Below, in pieces: positions 59,682 to 64,000 of a stretch of DNA of 64,000 bases. Position 1 is the stretch's first letter, and the number at the start of each line of letters is the position of its first letter. Made by a program: the position numbers and the translations under genes. The stretch lies in contig CAXXUK010000002.1 in assembly GCA_963665125.2 (NCBI GenBank), forward strand, positions 672,001 to 736,000, written 5' to 3'. Under the pieces are notes generated by a model. The model had not been told where the DNA came from, did no database searches, and worked only from the letters and a program-made list of their open reading frames with translations. This DNA is from an uncultured Desulfarculus sp. (GTDB lineage: Bacteria; Desulfobacterota; Desulfarculia; Desulfarculales; Desulfarculaceae).

Positions 59682-60968
59682 GAGACCATTGCGTAAAGCC
59701 GAGTCCTGACATACTTTCCTTTTCAGATGATTTTTTCGGTGTAGTAGGCAGTTGGGCCGGGCTTCGTTGGGTTTTTTCTAGCTTTTACCTGGCTGCCCAT
59801 CCTGCCCCCCGGTGTCTTTGATCACCTGCCGGCCAGTATCGCGGCCTTTTTCAGGTTGAAGGCCATGGCCGATAGCATCAGTTGCATGTTCATCTTGGCC
59901 AGGCCCAAATATCTGGCCCGCGCCAGGCCGTAGTGCTTCTTCATGCTGCCGAATGCCCTCTCCACCGAGCAGCGCACCCGTGAGATTGCCTTGTTCACTC
60001 TGAGTTCTGCATCACTCAGCGGTCGACCGCGAGCCGCCTTGTACATGATCAAGTCAAAGTAACCGGCCTCTTCCAGGTGGCTTCGATTATCCGCGCTGCT
60101 GTAGCCTTTGTCGGCCAGGACCGGAGCATCCTTCTTCAGCTTGGCGTTGTCGACCACGGCCATGAATTCCTTGCAATCCGGTCGGTTGGCCGGTGTGGCG
60201 TGGCCAGCCAGAATAAACCCGTGCTCCCCATCGACGGCAATGTGTCCCTTGTAGCCATAGCAGTACTTCTTGCCTTTCTTGGTCCATTTGGCGTCCGTGT
60301 CATCGGAATAGGTGGTTTCCACGCTGTAGCCGGTGGGGCGGTCGTCGTCATCATCGTCGTTTTGGTCGTCGAGTTCATCGAGGATCACTTCCTGCTTTTT
60401 GCGGGGCTGGCGGGCGGATGGAATCAAGGTGGCATCCACGCTGGAGCCGGTGCGCACCAAAATACCCTGCGCTTCAAGCTGCTGATTTATCATATTAAAC
60501 AGCTTGTCCAGCAGGCCGCGCTCTTGCAGGTGGTTTCGAAAGCGGCAGATGGTGGAGGCGTCGGGCGACTCGTGATCCAACGAAAAACCGGCGAAACGGC
60601 AAAAGGAAATTCGGTCGGCCATGGCCTCGGCTGCCTTGTGGTCGCTCAGGTCATGCCAGCGTTGCAGCAGCAAAATCTTGAACATGCCCAGAGGCGGATA
60701 AGCCGGATTGCCCACCGCGTCCTTGTGGCGCCGAAGCTTTTTCTTCAGAAAGCCCTCGATGGGCTTCCAATCGACGATGCGGTTTACATCATCCAGAAAG
60801 GTTTTGGGCTGTTTGCGGCTGGCCACGGCCATGTCCGCGAAACCGCCCCGCCTTGTCTCGAACCGATTGGCCAAAGATGCCCTCCATTCACGATGGTTAA
60901 GGACATTTTAACCAATTATTGCAACCAATTAAAGTGCACTCTCGGAGCTGACGCCGTGCAACGGTCTC
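59682..60968 (-). mobile_element. IS5-family insertion sequence
   Basis: IRs GAGACCaTTGC / GCAAcGGTCTC. Confidence 0.9.
59822..60874 (-). CDS. IS5 transposase
   Basis: PDASTICRFR, VDATL, YGYKGH, LADKGY, R..VERAFG. Confidence 0.95.
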   Translation of the reverse strand: MANRFETRRGGFADMAVASRKQPKTFLDDVNRIVDWKPIEGFLKKKLRRHKDAVGNPAYPPLGMFKILLLQRWHDLSDHKAAEAMADRISFCRFAGFSLDHESPDASTICRFRNHLQERGLLDKLFNMINQQLEAQGILVRTGSSVDATLIPSARQPRKKQEVILDELDDQNDDDDDDRPTGYSVETTYSDDTDAKWTKKGKKYCYGYKGHIAVDGEHGFILAGHATPANRPDCKEFMAVVDNAKLKKDAPVLADKGYSSADNRSHLEEAGYFDLIMYKAARGRPLSDAELRVNKAISRVRCSVERAFGSMKKHYGLARARYLGLAKMNMQLMLSAMAFNLKKAAILAGR

Positions 60969-61091
60969 CTGTAATATATTTTCCATTTCTGGCCGACCAT
61001 CATCCAACGAACCTACTCAACCAACCACCTAATCTAACTATATATATTAAATCCTGAAAGCTATTAACCCCTTAAATTTCAGGAGAAAGCC

Positions 61092-61280
61092 ATGGAAAAC
61101 CAAAACCCACAGGAAAATTCTGCCAGCATGACCCCAAAAGCCGTCAAAGGCCTCATTCGGGAAGGTGGCATTCAGATCGCCAAGGCCACGGTCAAATCCA
61201 CGTTCCCCATCATCATTGAGACCACAGGTAAGACCATGAGAATGTTGGCGGCAATCGCCCTCAGATTGCTCCGTCGATAG
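61092..61280 (+). CDS. small hypothetical protein
   Basis: SD AGGAG then ATG; 62 aa. Confidence 0.5.
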   Translation: MENQNPQENSASMTPKAVKGLIREGGIQIAKATVKSTFPIIIETTGKTMRMLAAIALRLLRR

Positions 61281-61343
61281 CTCGCTGTCCTTCCGCTCCC
61301 AACTCCACAAAGTCCAAACCCGAGACAAAGCAAGGAGACTGTT

Positions 61344-62270
61344 ATGCCTTTGTCCACCACCCTTGGTGCCTTGTCACACGAGGTACACGAGAAGCATCGT
61401 CATTACCGTCATGATCGTCATGTGCCGGTGAAGGACCTCAAATTTGAAAGTCTGAATGCCGTCCGCATCGGCGATCAGCCTCACCCTCTGGAGCAAATAG
61501 CCCAACGCTCCATATCCAACCGCCTTGGCATCCCGTTCAACTATCTCAGGCGATGCCCTGAGGATTTACAGGCCCAGCAGTTGGCCCACTGGCTTCAAGA
61601 TGAGCCCCAGGATGAGTTGTTCTTCAGGTTTGACGGCAACAATGTCAGGGCCATCTTCACCCCGCGCTACAAGCCCATAGATAATCACCATGTCCTCGAT
61701 GCGCTGATACAGCTTGGCTACGGCGAAGACACCACGGTGCATGTCAGCCTGGACAGCCAGTTCATGAGCCTGAACATCCCTGACCCGAAAAGCGTCAAGA
61801 TTCTTGGCGATGAACTGTCGCCGGGGATATCCATCTCCAACAGCGAAGTTGGTCTGGCATCGCTGAAGATCGAGGCATTCTTCCTGCGCCTGGTCTGCAC
61901 CAATGGCATGGTCACCCGGAGCCAAACCTCATCGTCATACCGTCATATCTCCCAGAGGGCCTTGGAATGCCTGCCCGAAACGATTTCATCGGTGCGTGGT
62001 GAAGCCAGTATTCAGAGCAGCCGCATCAGGATATCCATGGAAACCCCAGTCGAGGAACCGGGCAAGACCATGGAGTCGATCAACCGGCGATTCATGCTGT
62101 CTGAAATGGAGCAGCAGGCCGTTGAATGGGGATGGGCCTTCGAACCGGGCAGCACCATGTGGCAGATCGCCAATGCCTACACCAAGGCCGCTCAGTACCA
62201 GTCTCTGCCCGCTGAATCAGTTCACCGCTTGCAGACCATCGGCGGTGAAGTATTGGCTCTGCCAAGCTGA
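61344..62270 (+). CDS. DUF932-like mobile-element protein
   Basis: YKPIDN, GISISNSEVG..SL, RLVCTNGM, YRH. Confidence 0.8.
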   Translation: MPLSTTLGALSHEVHEKHRHYRHDRHVPVKDLKFESLNAVRIGDQPHPLEQIAQRSISNRLGIPFNYLRRCPEDLQAQQLAHWLQDEPQDELFFRFDGNNVRAIFTPRYKPIDNHHVLDALIQLGYGEDTTVHVSLDSQFMSLNIPDPKSVKILGDELSPGISISNSEVGLASLKIEAFFLRLVCTNGMVTRSQTSSSYRHISQRALECLPETISSVRGEASIQSSRIRISMETPVEEPGKTMESINRRFMLSEMEQQAVEWGWAFEPGSTMWQIANAYTKAAQYQSLPAESVHRLQTIGGEVLALPS

Positions 62271-62353
62271 TGGGAATGGAACAGCAAGCTACGGTCACGG
62301 ATTTAGGCCGTTTCTCTCAAAGGAGGACAAACTCTCAAACAGGAGAGTGTCCA

Positions 62354-62560
62354 ATGAAGAGAAACAGTAAAATCGAAAAGCAAAAGCCAAAAATCCCAAT
62401 TATCTTCGAATCCCCCATATCAAAGGAACAGATCGCCGAACTTCGTGAACATATTGATGCAATAAGATTCTATGCAGACGCGATAGAGGCGATCCTACCT
62501 GCCTTGAAACCCAGAAAATCTGCCATAACCGGCGTGGACCTAAAACAGCGCTGGTCTTAG
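62354..62560 (+). CDS. small hypothetical protein upstream of the integrase
   Basis: SD AGGAG then ATG MKRNS. Confidence 0.5.
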   Translation: MKRNSKIEKQKPKIPIIFESPISKEQIAELREHIDAIRFYADAIEAILPALKPRKSAITGVDLKQRWS

Positions 62561-62586
62561 GCCTGGGTTGTATTGGAAGTGTAAAA

Positions 62587-63609
62587 ATGTCAGTGCACAA
62601 ACGAAAGGACGGCTATTGGTTCGTCAAATACAAACAAAACGATAAGTGGATCCGGAAATACTTTGGAAAAGATGGTGAGTCGCAGGCCAGGGAATTTGAA
62701 ATTGAAATTAAACAAATCCTTGCCAAGGCAGAAAACCAAATTCCGACTTTGGCAGAGTTGGCCGATCGATACTTCGTATCCATGTCAGGCAGGCTTCATC
62801 CACAAACGCAGTCAGATATAGTCAGGTACCTGACCGATGCATGCGCCAGTTTCCTTGAAAAGCCGTGCGACAAATTGAGCCGTAGGGACCTGGAAGCAAT
62901 GCGGTTGAAAATGAATGGCACAAAGGCCTCAACCATCAACCGGGCGCACGCCTACATCACTGCCATTTTGAATTGGGGCCTGGAACAGGAATTGATCCAC
63001 AGAAATCCGTGGCAAGGCGCATCCAAGCTCAAAGAGGAAACATTTGTGGTATCCGCTACAGTCGAGGACTTCAGGGCGATCATGAAATGTGCTGCCCCTC
63101 ATCTAAAATGGGCAATGGATGTCAGCCTTAATCTGGCTCTACGGCCAGGCAAGGTCGAACTACTACGGCTGAAGTGGGATGGTTTCAAATGGAGTTCTGG
63201 CTATGTCGAGATCGTGCAGGGTAAAAATGCCGGTTTAAAACGCGTGGTACCGCCAAAGGCCTTCATGGAAAGAGCGAAACTTAGATATGAGCAGGACAAG
63301 GCCGCCAATATCCCTTGGGTGGTCCATTATAATGGTCGGCAGATCGACAGCCTGAAAACAGCCTGGCGCAGTGCCAAGGAAAAGGCAGGCTACAAGAACA
63401 AGCCCATCCGTCTATATGATCTGCGTCATGTGGCCGCCACGGAGATGCTGGCTGCGGGAGCTGACCCCGTGGCCGTGCAGTACCAACTTGGCCACAGAAA
63501 ACTAAGCACCACGCTAGATAACTACAGCCATATTGTTTCTGGTGCCCAGGAGCGTGCGGCAAGCATGATCCCGGACCTGAACAGCGATGAAAAGGACGAG
63601 GGCGTTTAA
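62587..63609 (+). CDS. tyrosine integrase of element A
   Basis: ALRPG..ELL, YDLRH, LGH, TTLDNY; adjacent to the tRNA att. Confidence 0.93.
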   Translation: MSVHKRKDGYWFVKYKQNDKWIRKYFGKDGESQAREFEIEIKQILAKAENQIPTLAELADRYFVSMSGRLHPQTQSDIVRYLTDACASFLEKPCDKLSRRDLEAMRLKMNGTKASTINRAHAYITAILNWGLEQELIHRNPWQGASKLKEETFVVSATVEDFRAIMKCAAPHLKWAMDVSLNLALRPGKVELLRLKWDGFKWSSGYVEIVQGKNAGLKRVVPPKAFMERAKLRYEQDKAANIPWVVHYNGRQIDSLKTAWRSAKEKAGYKNKPIRLYDLRHVAATEMLAAGADPVAVQYQLGHRKLSTTLDNYSHIVSGAQERAASMIPDLNSDEKDEGV

Positions 63610-63615
63610 GATATG

Positions 63616-63646
63616 AAGAGCCAGGCGTGTGTCTGGCTCTTTTTTT
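63616..63646 (+). terminator. intrinsic terminator
   Basis: aagagccagg-cgtgtg-tctggctctt followed by a T-tract. Confidence 0.7.
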
Positions 63647-63709
63647 GTGCTTTTTGACTCAACGCCTGTCGGCGTGACAAAACGAGTGACAAAAAGTTAC
63701 AAAATCAAG

Positions 63710-63797
63710 CAAAAAGGAGGTTACGCCTGGTGACGTAACCTCCTGATTTTATTGGTGCGCCCGGCCTGATTCGAACAGGCGGCCTACGGATTCGTAG
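63710..63797 (-). repeat. att site copy overlapping the tRNA 3' end
   Basis: identical to 38435-38522; arm-like gtgacaaaa/gttacaaaa repeats at about 63674-63704. Confidence 0.95.
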
Positions 63798-63829
63798 TCC
63801 GGCGCTCTATCCAGCTGAGCTACGGGCGC
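63753..63829 (-). tRNA. tRNA-Arg(ACG)
   Basis: GCGCCCGTAGCTCAGCTGGATAGAGCGCCGGACT-ACG-AATCCGTAGGCCGCCTGTTCGAATCAGGCCGGGCGCACCA, 77 nt with CCA. Confidence 0.97.
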
Positions 63830-64000
63830 GTTCATTTGCGATTGGGGATTATAACAAAAGATCGGCCTTTTACAAGGGCTAATCGCTTTTGCCTCCCTGC
63901 TTTGGTCCGCTTTGTTCTCCCTGGCGAGGTTTGCGGCGTCTGCTGTGGCGCTTTTGGGGCTTGTCATCGCCGCTTTTGGCGCTGTCGCCGCTGCGTTTAA

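Larger units (their letters stand above)
38523..63797. mobile_element. about 25-kb tRNA-Arg-integrated genomic island (element A)
   Basis: bounded by 88-bp direct repeats; integrase 62587-63609 next to the tRNA; primase/helicase inside. Confidence 0.9.

Overview
This window is almost entirely mobile or accessory DNA stacked at the 3' end of a tRNA-Arg(ACG) gene (63753-63829, minus strand). The gene content and style of the host-like parts suggest an anaerobic, deltaproteobacterium-like diderm, which is inference. From left to right: (1) 0.3-5.5 kb holds Patescibacteria/CPR-style pilin, VirB6-like and membrane genes. (2) 5.5-13.3 kb holds toxin-antitoxin pairs, a leading-region-like block (structured element, orphan N6-methyltransferase, small acidic ORFs, DUF2958), a candidate oriT, mobC and a relaxase. 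(3) 13.7-29.4 kb is a complete type I-C CRISPR-Cas system with 113 repeats and 112 spacers (hand count). (4) Next come a XerD-like recombinase with a dif-like site, an IS481 element, and a vWA/membrane/coupling-protein operon ending in an excisionase and integrase at an 88-bp att copy (38435-38522). (5) A 25-kb island between the two att copies carries TA modules, an XPB-Bax1(DUF790)-like pair, IS3, a tRNA-Arg(CCG) att relic, a Toprim-DUF927 primase/helicase, IS5, DUF932 and an integrase. It also carries a TonB receptor/ABC importer operon with two HcgA/HmdB-like CX5CX2C radical SAM enzymes. The best candidates for undescribed biology are that uptake-plus-radical-SAM operon and the CPR-type surface genes linked to a mobilisable, CRISPR-carrying element. 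All family calls come from motif recognition by eye; no searches were run.
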